Virus record (IMG/VR): IMGVR_UViG_3300032093_000084
DNA: 64,000 nt
Source: an uncultured virus (IMG/VR IMGVR_UViG_3300032093_000084)
Taxonomy: Duplodnaviria; Heunggongvirae; Uroviricota; Caudoviricetes
Reading direction: 5' to 3' (one strand)
Of this stretch, positions 15,665-25,177 are shown piece after piece (position 1 is the stretch's first letter; every line of letters starts with the position of its first letter). Both the position numbers and the translations under genes were made by a program. Under the pieces are notes generated by a model. That model was not told where the DNA came from, searched no databases, and saw nothing but the letters and a program-made list of their open reading frames with translations.

Positions 15665-17532
15665 ATTTCTGTGAATTTCATATATTCTTCATATCGTAAT
15701 ATATACTCACCAAACTGAGTTCTTTCAGCATCAGTTAATAATGATATAATCTCTCTACCTGTAAAAGCACCTGTAGTACGACCGCCATGTTGTATAAAAT
15801 CTCGAATTGCTTGATTTCTTATATTTGTAATCATTATGGTAGTAAGACCTGGATTATTTAATGCTTTTCTAATTACCTCTTCATCAGCTGATGATAATAC
15901 TGTTCCTGGATTTATTTTTTGTATCATTTGTTGTAGTTCGGCTGGAGTGGCTGTTCGAACATTTTTTATAACGTCTTGAATTTGTTGCGGATTTCCTAAT
16001 AGTTTCTTTTGTAATCTTTTTGCAATATATCGTTTTGCGGCCCATCTAATTCCAAAAAATCCTAATAATCCAGAGGCAATAGTTTTAAGTATACCTAAAA
16101 CTATAATACCCGTCATAACATCATCTAAACCAAATTCACCGTCGCCTTCTTGTGGTATTTCTTCAATCGGTTGATACCCGCTAACTTTAAGCCATGAATT
16201 GTACTCTTTTTTAAATGTATTATATGCTTGTATTAATTGTGGACTATCTTTAGGACCGGTAGGATCGACATCCATTTCTTTTGCCCGTTGACTTTTATTA
16301 ATATACATCCAGTTTCTGAAACGATTTGAATCTGTAATGGTTTGGAATGGACTAGTAGCTTCTAATAACAATTTACCATATTCTTCAAAAATAATTTGTT
16401 TTAATTTTATATTTGTAATAGATTCAATAGCTGGTATTGGTCTTTTGCTATTAACAACAGTATTTTTAATTTTATTTAACAACGGTTTCGCTGCATCTTG
16501 TATATCCGCAAGTTGTAATCCAGCTTTTATATAAATCGGATCCCATGCTTTTTCCGCTGCAACTATTGCAGCGTATTGTTTAGCAACGCCTCCGCCTATT
16601 TTTCCTGCTGTAGATACTGATTTTTTCTTAAGAAATTCTGTAACTTGTTTTATTAATGGTTTTTGATGCTCACCTAAAAGTCTAACAATCTTTTTTTCTT
16701 CTTGCGTTAAAATAGGCTTTCCGCCATTTGCAATTATTTTTAATTTAGCAATAAACTTCGTTACTCCAGCTTTGCCTAATGATTTTATTGCACCCGTTAA
16801 TCCTAATTTTGCAGCCAAGCCACCCATACCTGGTATTATTGACAATATAGCCATCATACCAGCAGAATAACGATCTCCTTCGTCCCAATATATTTTAGCA
16901 TCTGCTAAACCAATACCTGCAGAAATATAAGGTCCTACCACCGGTATAATAGCTGTAGCAATTTGAGCTCCTAACATAATTTCGTGTTTATAATCTTTCC
17001 AAAATTCTGCATCTAGATTCGGCCCGCCGGATTTCCATAAGCCTTTTTTTGAATAATATGATATCATTGCAGTAGCTGCATTGCTTTGCCCTGCAGTCTT
17101 AGGTTTGCTTCCAGGAAATGTACTACTATTTAAATATTTAAAATCTTGCCATGGCACAATGTATTCAATTGTCCAAGACCATTGATTTTCTGGTATAAAT
17201 GTTCTAAGATGATTAACTATTTCTAATCTATCAACTAACGTAGTAAATGATTTTAAATATTGACCAATACCTCTACCACCGGTTAGTTTTTGTAAAGACT
17301 TTAAAACTTCTTTATATTGAGTTAAATTCTTTATTTTTTTAATAGCATTTTTTGCGGAGTTTTCATCGTCCCACAATACTCCTTTTGAATCATAGATTTG
17401 TTTAGCTATTTTATCAAAATTTGATAATTTTTTAGTTTTAGATGAGATTCTTTTATCAGGAGTAGTTGTTTGTTCTGATAAAATAGCCGGTATAGCTAAT
17501 GAAATAGTTGTTTTGTTATATTTAGGTTTCAT
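15661..17532 (-). CDS. Large putative virion/ejection protein with annexin-like repeat and hydrophobic hairpins
   Basis: AKQIYDSKGVLWDDE..; IPVVG..ADAKIYWDEGDRYSA..IPG; internal IKLKQIIFEE; likely start ATG 17532. Confidence 0.7.
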   Translation of the reverse strand: MKPKYNKTTISLAIPAILSEQTTTPDKRISSKTKKLSNFDKIAKQIYDSKGVLWDDENSAKNAIKKIKNLTQYKEVLKSLQKLTGGRGIGQYLKSFTTLVDRLEIVNHLRTFIPENQWSWTIEYIVPWQDFKYLNSSTFPGSKPKTAGQSNAATAMISYYSKKGLWKSGGPNLDAEFWKDYKHEIMLGAQIATAIIPVVGPYISAGIGLADAKIYWDEGDRYSAGMMAILSIIPGMGGLAAKLGLTGAIKSLGKAGVTKFIAKLKIIANGGKPILTQEEKKIVRLLGEHQKPLIKQVTEFLKKKSVSTAGKIGGGVAKQYAAIVAAEKAWDPIYIKAGLQLADIQDAAKPLLNKIKNTVVNSKRPIPAIESITNIKLKQIIFEEYGKLLLEATSPFQTITDSNRFRNWMYINKSQRAKEMDVDPTGPKDSPQLIQAYNTFKKEYNSWLKVSGYQPIEEIPQEGDGEFGLDDVMTGIIVLGILKTIASGLLGFFGIRWAAKRYIAKRLQKKLLGNPQQIQDVIKNVRTATPAELQQMIQKINPGTVLSSADEEVIRKALNNPGLTTIMITNIRNQAIRDFIQHGGRTTGAFTGREIISLLTDAERTQFGEYILRYEEYMKFTEI

Positions 17533-17573
17533 ATTAATAAATATCAACAAAATAAATTTAAACCATAAACAGT

Positions 17574-17604
17574 AAAAAAGCTCTTAACTTAATAAGAGCT
17601 TTTT
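17574..17604 (-). terminator. Bidirectional intrinsic terminator
   Basis: AAAAAGCTCTTA-loop-TAAGAGCTTTTT. Confidence 0.75.
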
Positions 17605-17627
17605 AAATTTATTAAAAATATAGTTAG

Positions 17628-19163
17628 TTATTGACCAATTGGCGTTTTATTAAACGTTGCACCTACAAAGAAATTTGGATTTTCTTTTAAACTTATACCA
17701 TATGTAGGAGGTGTTACTGTTGAATCAAACCATGCTGCGCCTTTCCAAAATTTTGGATCGGTAGAAATTTCTGCGGAAACGCCTGGTACACCTGCTGCAG
17801 CTGCGGCTGTAGCAAGATCTTGCAAGTTAATTGTTTTTTCAGAAATAAATTTAAGTGACTTAACTGCAGATTCAGCTTTTTGAATTAATTCTGGAGTATC
17901 TAAATATTTAGCATAAAAACTATGCATTGTACTTTGCGATGTTTGAATACTAATATCTCCAGTTACGCCAAGTGTATTACTAGTATTCGTTAACCATTGT
18001 GAGAGATTAAAACCTGTTATTTCACTTATAGTTTTACTTGCTCCATTTGTAACATTCTCCCAAATCCAACCACTAACAAAATGACCTGTACCTAATAAAA
18101 AATTAGTTCTGCGATCATTTTGAGCATCACCAGCAGAGCCAGCAAAATTGCTACTTTTATTAGCTTGTAAAGGATTACGATCATTGCCGCTCGTTGCCTT
18201 ACCAGCTGCTACTTTAACTAGTTCAGCTTTACGCATCCATCTAAAATTATTTAAATTATCACCAGAGTTATTATCATCCATTGTAATAATTGAGCCGCCT
18301 AAGCCATTTGTAGATTTCCAATTGACACTATAATAAAATTTAGGAAATACTGCAACTGGTTTGCCACCAGTTAATGACCATACTTCACTCACTACCCATT
18401 CTGCTACAAGTTTTATTTTAATTTCCATATCAGGTAACGTCATCGGAGCAATGTATTTTTCTTTTCCTACTACTTGAGCGTTGATAATAAAAGATCTTTC
18501 GTTATCTGTTATTTCCGGAAGTACTGTAATATTTGCTTTGATACCTTTCGATTTAATATAATTAGCTGCAGCATCTCCTCGCTTTTGTGCTAATATTTTG
18601 TTTCCCCATTGTGGATCTGATTTTTGTTTTGCATCAAATTCAGCTTTTGAAGCTGGCGTTATGTTGCCTGCAGCATCAAATTTTAATATACCATTATAAT
18701 CATGATCTATTCGTTTTTTGCCTGTGTTATCTTTAGTATTTGGCGTAGTAGATGCTATAGCTTTTGAAGCTCTAGAAACAATTTTAATATTAATGGCAGG
18801 ATCATCTAAATTAACGCCTTGTTCTTTTAATGTCTCTAATGCTTTATCTATCTCTGCTTTTACCTCAGCAGCGTTTGACATACTATCGATAGTAACAAAA
18901 TTATTCCAGAATGAAACTGGTATACGCAATGGTTCATTTGTTACATCTTTATATGCATTAGTTTTTATTAATTTAGTGCGACCTTCGTTTGCAACTTCTG
19001 TTTCCCATTGTCTAAAAGCATCCATTGCAGCTTTTTCATTTTTCCAACGTTCGATATAGTCAATATCTTGTTCCGTTAAAAATTTCTTAAGTTGATTTAC
19101 ATCTAGATTTTTTGGAGAAAATCTCATGAAATTTTCTACTATAGTATTTTGTAAATTTTTCAT
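17628..19163 (-). CDS. OmpA-like (peptidoglycan-binding) domain protein with leader
   Basis: IKIVSRAS...NKILAQKRGDAAANYIKSKGI; N-terminal IVENFMRFSPKNL..LTEQ. Confidence 0.6.
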   Translation of the reverse strand: MKNLQNTIVENFMRFSPKNLDVNQLKKFLTEQDIDYIERWKNEKAAMDAFRQWETEVANEGRTKLIKTNAYKDVTNEPLRIPVSFWNNFVTIDSMSNAAEVKAEIDKALETLKEQGVNLDDPAINIKIVSRASKAIASTTPNTKDNTGKKRIDHDYNGILKFDAAGNITPASKAEFDAKQKSDPQWGNKILAQKRGDAAANYIKSKGIKANITVLPEITDNERSFIINAQVVGKEKYIAPMTLPDMEIKIKLVAEWVVSEVWSLTGGKPVAVFPKFYYSVNWKSTNGLGGSIITMDDNNSGDNLNNFRWMRKAELVKVAAGKATSGNDRNPLQANKSSNFAGSAGDAQNDRRTNFLLGTGHFVSGWIWENVTNGASKTISEITGFNLSQWLTNTSNTLGVTGDISIQTSQSTMHSFYAKYLDTPELIQKAESAVKSLKFISEKTINLQDLATAAAAAGVPGVSAEISTDPKFWKGAAWFDSTVTPPTYGISLKENPNFFVGATFNKTPIGQ

Positions 19164-19244
19164 ATGTATTTATATTTTTAGTTATTTACATATAAATATG
19201 TATCAGTATAAAAACCGCCTTATATATAAAATACAAACTATTAT

Positions 19245-19273
19245 TTGGATTTTTGAAAAATATTACTTATTAT
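19245..19273 (+). promoter_or_regulatory. Middle-type promoter
   Basis: TTGGAT-17nt-TATTAT. Confidence 0.55.
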
Positions 19274-19294
19274 AATAGTATAAAAATAAGAGAG

Positions 19295-19954
19295 ATGAAA
19301 AATATTTTAATCGTAGCATTTTTAGTTTTTAACAATATTACATTTGCACAAAATGTATATGCTGTTAACAATGTATCTAAATTAGTTAATAACAATGTTT
19401 ATTTTGGAAAAAAGGAAACAAGCATTGTAACTAAATATGATAGTTTAACGCGCTGCGCAATCGAACGATTTATTGTTGATCGTTTTAATTATTACCGAAA
19501 ACAAAAAGGTGCTCAACCTTTAGTTTGGGATGAAACTCTTCGACCGATGACTTACCATCATGTTGTCTACCAAAGATTAACTAAAACACAGGAACATAGT
19601 GAAGATATCAATGTTCCTAATTTCATTGAATTAAATTTTGCAGATCGCGCTAAAACATTGGTTGGATATGATAAGTATAACTTATTTAGTGAAGGATTAA
19701 TTAGTATGTTTAATAACATCTCCGTTCGTCCTGGACAAAATACAACACCAGTTACAATTAAACAAATTGTAGATAAATTTTTTACAGCTGGATATGGTTA
19801 TAATACATGTGCTGCGCACTGGAATCAAATTATGGAGCCGCAATGGGATCGTATTTTTATTTACTATGATTTCAATTGGTTAGATAGTAATGCAATAGAG
19901 AGTAATAGTTACAATAAAGCTAACGTTACAGTTCAATTCGCAGATGCTAAATAA
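19295..19954 (+). CDS. Secreted CAP/SCP-domain protein; start reassigned from 19253
   Basis: Signal peptide MKNILIVAFLVFNNITFA; FNYYRKQKGAQPLVWDETL..HH..H; AHWNQIM. Confidence 0.7.
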   Translation: MKNILIVAFLVFNNITFAQNVYAVNNVSKLVNNNVYFGKKETSIVTKYDSLTRCAIERFIVDRFNYYRKQKGAQPLVWDETLRPMTYHHVVYQRLTKTQEHSEDINVPNFIELNFADRAKTLVGYDKYNLFSEGLISMFNNISVRPGQNTTPVTIKQIVDKFFTAGYGYNTCAAHWNQIMEPQWDRIFIYYDFNWLDSNAIESNSYNKANVTVQFADAK

Positions 19955-21265
19955 TTAAAGAGTTCCTTGACCTACATATACACCACTTTGATAAACATCG
20001 ATATTTGTTAATATTCCATCTTTATCAAAAATGTATAATTCCCCATCAAACCATTTATTATTCTTGATCACACCGGCCCAAGCCAAATCTTGAGATCTAT
20101 TTGGGTCGGTTGCTGCAACCATTTGCGTATAATCTTTATTCCAATACAATCTTTGATAATCTGGTATTTTTGAGAATTGTAATGGAACAGGTATTACTTT
20201 AGTAGGCTTACCTCCTGATTGTGGTGCTGTCGATACTTGACAGTTAATAGATAGTAACCAAGCTGTTGGACCTAAAGGTGCATAAATTTCTACAAAATAT
20301 TCTGTATTTGGAACATTTCCTAAATCAATATTAATTGCAGACGGGGCTTTAATAGTCCCATCATATCCATTTTTAGTTTTACTATTTAATTCAGATAGTA
20401 TAGTACCAAAATCTACTTGTGCCGATACTGGCGTATCAGACACATATCCAGTGTCATGTATTATCTTAGTTGTTTTTTTAGTTTTATCATATTGCGTAAC
20501 TACTAATCTATCTGGTATATATGCCGGTATAAAATTCATAGTTACCTGGCCTGATTTTGTTTCTAATTTGGATCTAAATGCTATAGGATTACCTGATAAT
20601 CCATTGGCTTCTAAATTACCATTACATTTTGCAATTGGTATTTTAACATCGGTATATGATGGAACTGTATATTTCGTTGCAGCTAAATCAAATACTTCTA
20701 CTTTTTTAGTTTTTGGATTTGTGATATTAGTTTTAGGAGTTTGTGCATTATATGTAGTTATAGGAACCACAACAGTTACCATTTTAGCAGTACCAGCACC
20801 ATTACCTGTTTTTGTGATAGTAACTTCAGCAGGTAGCTTTACGAATTTTTTAATGATATATTCAATACCTTGAGCTCTACGATCTGCTAATGTTTGATTT
20901 GAAACCGTAGCACCATTTGAATATGAAAAATCTACTTGAGCTTGATTCCAATTGGTTCCATCTCCTGGAATTTGTTTTGTAGCCGGAGTGCTGCCATCAG
21001 CTGATGCCGATATCGTAATAGCACCTTTAACTAATTTTTTAGCTATAATTGCAGATTTTAACGTATTGATAAAATTTTGCAAATTAGGAGTTAATTGACT
21101 AATTGCTGTTATTTTATCAAATGATGTTATATTTAATTGTTTTGGATTAATTGGCAATACGATATTATCTGGAAAACTATCCTTAAATTCATAAGTTGTC
21201 GTTTGTTCAGTAAGTAAACGTTTATTATATGTTGTTTCTAACAATAATTTTTTTAAAAATATCAT
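19955..21265 (-). CDS. OmpA-like domain protein with MIFLKKLLLE leader
   Basis: ITISASADG...NQTLADRRAQGI; C-terminal beta-rich domain with IPDRLVV, APLGPTAW. Confidence 0.6.
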   Translation of the reverse strand: MIFLKKLLLETTYNKRLLTEQTTTYEFKDSFPDNIVLPINPKQLNITSFDKITAISQLTPNLQNFINTLKSAIIAKKLVKGAITISASADGSTPATKQIPGDGTNWNQAQVDFSYSNGATVSNQTLADRRAQGIEYIIKKFVKLPAEVTITKTGNGAGTAKMVTVVVPITTYNAQTPKTNITNPKTKKVEVFDLAATKYTVPSYTDVKIPIAKCNGNLEANGLSGNPIAFRSKLETKSGQVTMNFIPAYIPDRLVVTQYDKTKKTTKIIHDTGYVSDTPVSAQVDFGTILSELNSKTKNGYDGTIKAPSAINIDLGNVPNTEYFVEIYAPLGPTAWLLSINCQVSTAPQSGGKPTKVIPVPLQFSKIPDYQRLYWNKDYTQMVAATDPNRSQDLAWAGVIKNNKWFDGELYIFDKDGILTNIDVYQSGVYVGQGTL

Positions 21266-21639
21266 GGATATACTTTTAATATTTCATTTTTATCTATAGG
21301 TAAATAAAAAGTCATACCTGGTTTAATTAAGTTTGGATTTTTAATTTCCGTATCCGCCCCCGGCATATCAACATTAAGACTTTTTAATGAATTTGTAGAT
21401 TTAACAATTTGTTTTACAAAATTCATAATTTGTTTGTCTGTTGGGGTTGTAACTTGTGCATATTGTTGCATCCATTTAGTAGCAATTGACCATAATGTAT
21501 CATCTTGTACTACTTTATATGACTTTACTTCAGTAGATCCAGCTGGCGCTGCTAATGTAGTTCCGTTATTCGGATCTGGTTGTTCTTGTAAATTTTTTAC
21601 TTTAAATCTACGTAAATTTTCTGCTAAAATATGTTTCAT
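21262..21639 (-). CDS. LysM domain protein with LAENLRRF leader
   Basis: YKVVQDDTLWSIA...IKNPNLIKPGMTFYLP. Confidence 0.8.
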   Translation of the reverse strand: MKHILAENLRRFKVKNLQEQPDPNNGTTLAAPAGSTEVKSYKVVQDDTLWSIATKWMQQYAQVTTPTDKQIMNFVKQIVKSTNSLKSLNVDMPGADTEIKNPNLIKPGMTFYLPIDKNEILKVYP

Positions 21640-21700
21640 TTATTCCTTAACGGTTACTTATTTTTAAATAAATATCTTGACAAGAAAAAACATCATTACT

Positions 21701-21728
21701 TTGAATTACGCAAAATTTTTCATATAAT
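21701..21728 (+). promoter_or_regulatory. Middle-type promoter
   Basis: TTGAAT-16nt-TATAAT. Confidence 0.6.
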
Positions 21729-21741
21729 ATAAAAAAATCCT

Positions 21742-22767
21742 ATGATACGTTATGGTTATTGTTGTATCAATCAACAACTATCGTCCCAAGGCATTCGTAC
21801 CGGACGTGCAATGATTGACCGCAAATTCAAGCTCGGCGGTTTACAGCTTGCATCTGACATTGCTTTGGCAAATGCCAAGGATTTGTTAACTATTCTGCAA
21901 TGGAATGAGTCGCAAGGTATTCGTTTATTCCGAGTTGGTAGCGAGCTCTTTCCTCGTTGGAATCATTATCGTCTAGAAGATTTACCAGGTATTGATGAGA
22001 TTTCACGACATTTACGTGCTGCAGGTGATTATGCTTTAGCACATGGTCATCGCATTACAACGCATCCTGGTCCATTTCATATCTTAGGTAGTCCTGATGA
22101 TGTAGTTGTTAACAATTCTATTATTGGTCTCGAACGACACGCTGAGCTTTTTGACCTTATGGGCTTTGCACCTAGCTTCGAGAATCTTATCAATATTCAT
22201 ATTGGTGCTACATATGGTGATAAGCCTGGCACTATCGACCGTTGGTTGCGTAACTATGATCGTTTATCTGATAACGTTAAGGCTCGTTTAGTTATTGAGA
22301 ATGATGATAAGGCATCTATGTATTCAGTTCGCGAATTGTACAAGACATTGTATGCATCCGAAGGTATTCCAGTTACATTTGATTATTGGCATCACACTTT
22401 CAATACCGGTGACTTATCCGAAGAAGAAGCATTCTTTATGGCTCGAGAAACGTGGGAGTTCCATGGCGTTACTCAATGCACTCATTACAGTGAATCTCGT
22501 CGACGCGAACAACAACTTCTTATTGAGCGTATGTTTGATCATCATGGCATTTCTTTAGAAGATTTGCCGAAGTGGCCTACCTTCCATAAACAATACAAAG
22601 AGTTTACTAAGATCAAGGAGCAAGCTCATGCTGATTATATTACAACTACTCCCAACACATATGGCGTATTCGATTTAGATATTGAGGTTGAAGCTAAGGC
22701 TAAAGAATTGTCTTGGTGCAATTTAAATTTAGAGTATTGTCAAAATACAGCATTAATTTTAGAATAA
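21742..22767 (+). CDS. uvsE: UV DNA damage endonuclease
   Basis: GYCCIN, LFRVGSELFP, RITTHPG, NIHIG, IENDD, FDYWHH, HYSES, AHADY, EAKAKE motifs. Confidence 0.92.
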   Translation: MIRYGYCCINQQLSSQGIRTGRAMIDRKFKLGGLQLASDIALANAKDLLTILQWNESQGIRLFRVGSELFPRWNHYRLEDLPGIDEISRHLRAAGDYALAHGHRITTHPGPFHILGSPDDVVVNNSIIGLERHAELFDLMGFAPSFENLINIHIGATYGDKPGTIDRWLRNYDRLSDNVKARLVIENDDKASMYSVRELYKTLYASEGIPVTFDYWHHTFNTGDLSEEEAFFMARETWEFHGVTQCTHYSESRRREQQLLIERMFDHHGISLEDLPKWPTFHKQYKEFTKIKEQAHADYITTTPNTYGVFDLDIEVEAKAKELSWCNLNLEYCQNTALILE

Positions 22768-22817
22768 TATATTTATTATATATAATATTAATAATTAAAA
22801 TTTTAATAAAGGTTACT

Positions 22818-23000
22818 ATGAAAGCGGAATATAAATTTCGAGAAAAGATTACGGATGATATTACAGACGCACATGAAATTATTCGGGTTGTTGGTAAAGC
22901 AATTACAGAAGGTAAAATTGATAAACAATCAACATTAGATAATTTATCTAGAGCATTGAAAAAATTAGAATCAGCAAAATATTATATCGATAGAGGATAA
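22818..23000 (+). CDS. Small helical hypothetical protein; start reassigned from 22713
   Basis: AAGG-5nt-ATG after ATATTTAT at 22769. Confidence 0.65.
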   Translation: MKAEYKFREKITDDITDAHEIIRVVGKAITEGKIDKQSTLDNLSRALKKLESAKYYIDRG

Positions 23001-23917
23001 TGAAACGTTATTTTCCGTATGTATTGTTAATTACATCTTTAAGTTTAGCATTTAGTGCAGCATATTATAGTGTATTTGGCTTAAGTAGATTATTTTCATC
23101 ACAATTTTTAGCAGTATCGATACTTGCTGGGACTTTAGAAGCGTCTAAACTTATAACAGCATCATACTTACATCGTGCGTGGGATACTATATCTAAATCA
23201 ATAAAATTTTATTTAACTAGTTCTGTAATTATTTTAATGTGCATAACATCATTAGGTATTTATGGTTTTTTAGTATCAGCATATCAAGATACGGCATATA
23301 AGTTAAATAATTTAGAGACTACCATTAAAAATATCGAATCTAAACGATCTAGATATCAAACACAATTAAATAATATCATTGTTGATAAAAATATAGTTAA
23401 TACTAATATTCAAACATTAACATCAGCCTTATCATCCAATCAACAGCAGCGCGTTGATAAAAATGGCAATTTAATTACTACATCATCGAGTGCTAATAGA
23501 AAATCGTATGAAACACAAATACAATTTTCTATAAATCGTTTAGATGATATAATAAAACAAGAATCCATGTTATCCGATTCGGTTACTGCTTTAGAAATGC
23601 AAATTACTAAATTGCAAACTACAAATACGGTATCAGCTGAAATAGGTCCATTAAAATATATTGCTAAAATATTAGGAACAGAAATGGATATAATTGTAAA
23701 TTGGTTGATTATTGCATTAATTATTGTTTTTGATCCATTAGCTATTTTATTATTAATTTCAGCAAATAAAGAATTTTCAATTCAAACAACAAAAAACAAA
23801 AAATATGTAGATGTACAAGAAGACATAGAAGAAACTACTGAGGAAAATTCTAAACCAAAAATATTATCATATTGGAATAAGTTACGAGATGAAAGAGCGA
23901 AAAAATATAAAAAATAG
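23000..23917 (+). CDS. Membrane protein with three N-terminal TMs, coiled coil and C-terminal TM
   Basis: AAYYSVFGL, LEASKL, TSLGIYGFL, EIGPLKYIA, VFDPLAILLL. Confidence 0.8.
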   Translation: MKRYFPYVLLITSLSLAFSAAYYSVFGLSRLFSSQFLAVSILAGTLEASKLITASYLHRAWDTISKSIKFYLTSSVIILMCITSLGIYGFLVSAYQDTAYKLNNLETTIKNIESKRSRYQTQLNNIIVDKNIVNTNIQTLTSALSSNQQQRVDKNGNLITTSSSANRKSYETQIQFSINRLDDIIKQESMLSDSVTALEMQITKLQTTNTVSAEIGPLKYIAKILGTEMDIIVNWLIIALIIVFDPLAILLLISANKEFSIQTTKNKKYVDVQEDIEETTEENSKPKILSYWNKLRDERAKKYKK

Positions 23918-24062
23918 TCGTGTACCGCGCGGTTACAAGAAAATGCAATGTAAATATTGCGATAATATTTGTCAACGAGTTGATAACAATGCAACTGCAA
24001 TAACCTGTTTTGAATGTACTTCAAAGTTGGTTGCAGGCAAACATTTGGAAATTCGTAAATAA
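23889..24062 (+). CDS. 57-aa zinc-finger protein (not in ORF track)
   Basis: MKERK...QCKYC...ITCFEC...IRK*. Confidence 0.65.
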   Translation: MKERKNIKNSRVPRGYKKMQCKYCDNICQRVDNNATAITCFECTSKLVAGKHLEIRK

Positions 24063-24073
24063 TTTCTTATAAT
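24045..24073 (+). promoter_or_regulatory. Middle-type promoter
   Basis: TTGGAA-17nt-TATAAT, 6 nt before ATG. Confidence 0.6.
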
Positions 24074-24079
24074 AGATTT

Positions 24080-24856
24080 ATGTTAGAAGCAGAAAAAATT
24101 AAATCAAATTGGGAAGCGTATCGCCAAGCGGTAAATGATTATTTTCCGACACGTAAAGATGCATTAAATAGAATGTATGATGACTTCGAAGATAGAATGG
24201 TATTGATGCCAGCATCTTCAATAGCACATTTTCATAATGCATTTGCCGGAGGCTATGTTGACCACGTACTTCGAGTTATTGCTTGCACTGAGAAACTTTA
24301 TGAATCTTGGTCTGAAATGGGTGCAGATATGTCTGGATATACTATTGAAGAACTTCGTTTTGCTGCCATGCATCATGATTTAGGTAAAGTAGGATTTCCG
24401 GGCGATGGTAATGAAGTTTATCAAGTTGAAACATCTGATTGGCATCGTAAGAATCAAAATAAGATGTATAAACACAACGAAAATATTCCATTTACTATGG
24501 TACCAGATTTATCAATTTGGTTGCTTCAACAATATGATGTCAAAATGTCTTGGACTGAATATCAAGCAATTAAGATTCATGATGGAATGTATGATGATGC
24601 AAATAAACCTTATTTCATAGCTCGATCAGCACAAGCTAAATTAAAAACAAATTTACCTATTGTTTTGCATCACGGTGATCATATGGCTGCACAAATTGAA
24701 TTTGAGCGTTGGAGAAATAAAGATAATGCTACACTTAAACCAATTGCAGAAAAAAGCAAAATGACAAAAAGTAATGGTTTAAAAAATCTTGCAGAAAATA
24801 ATCCAGATGTCGAAAAAACATTAACAGATATTTTTAATGCATTTAATCAGGAATAA
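24080..24856 (+). CDS. HD-domain phosphohydrolase
   Basis: PAS..FHNAFAGGYVDHV, MHHDLGK, IHDG, LHHGD. Confidence 0.85.
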   Translation: MLEAEKIKSNWEAYRQAVNDYFPTRKDALNRMYDDFEDRMVLMPASSIAHFHNAFAGGYVDHVLRVIACTEKLYESWSEMGADMSGYTIEELRFAAMHHDLGKVGFPGDGNEVYQVETSDWHRKNQNKMYKHNENIPFTMVPDLSIWLLQQYDVKMSWTEYQAIKIHDGMYDDANKPYFIARSAQAKLKTNLPIVLHHGDHMAAQIEFERWRNKDNATLKPIAEKSKMTKSNGLKNLAENNPDVEKTLTDIFNAFNQE

Positions 24857-24859
24857 AAA

Positions 24860-25177
24860 ATGATTGCATTTAGTATTATTATTTTACTATTATCTGCAGG
24901 TATAACATATCTAGGATATAGAACATGGTTTTTAGCTGGAGTACTAGCAGATCAACAAGATGAAGTAGATGGGTTTATTGGGTATATTTCTAATTTAGAA
25001 AATACAAATCGTTATATGTATGAACAAATTGTTAAAACATATGAAGCAATGCAACAAATTGACCGTATAGGTGCCTTTGAGAAAGATGACGAAGCAGGAA
25101 CAACATTTAGTTTATTAAAACAAGTAATTGAAGAATTAAAAGAAGAATTTAATGGCGCCGAAGAAGAAAAAATCTAA
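24860..25177 (+). CDS. Membrane-anchored hypothetical protein
   Basis: N-terminal TM; D..GAFEKDDEAG. Confidence 0.75.
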   Translation: MIAFSIIILLLSAGITYLGYRTWFLAGVLADQQDEVDGFIGYISNLENTNRYMYEQIVKTYEAMQQIDRIGAFEKDDEAGTTFSLLKQVIEELKEEFNGAEEEKI

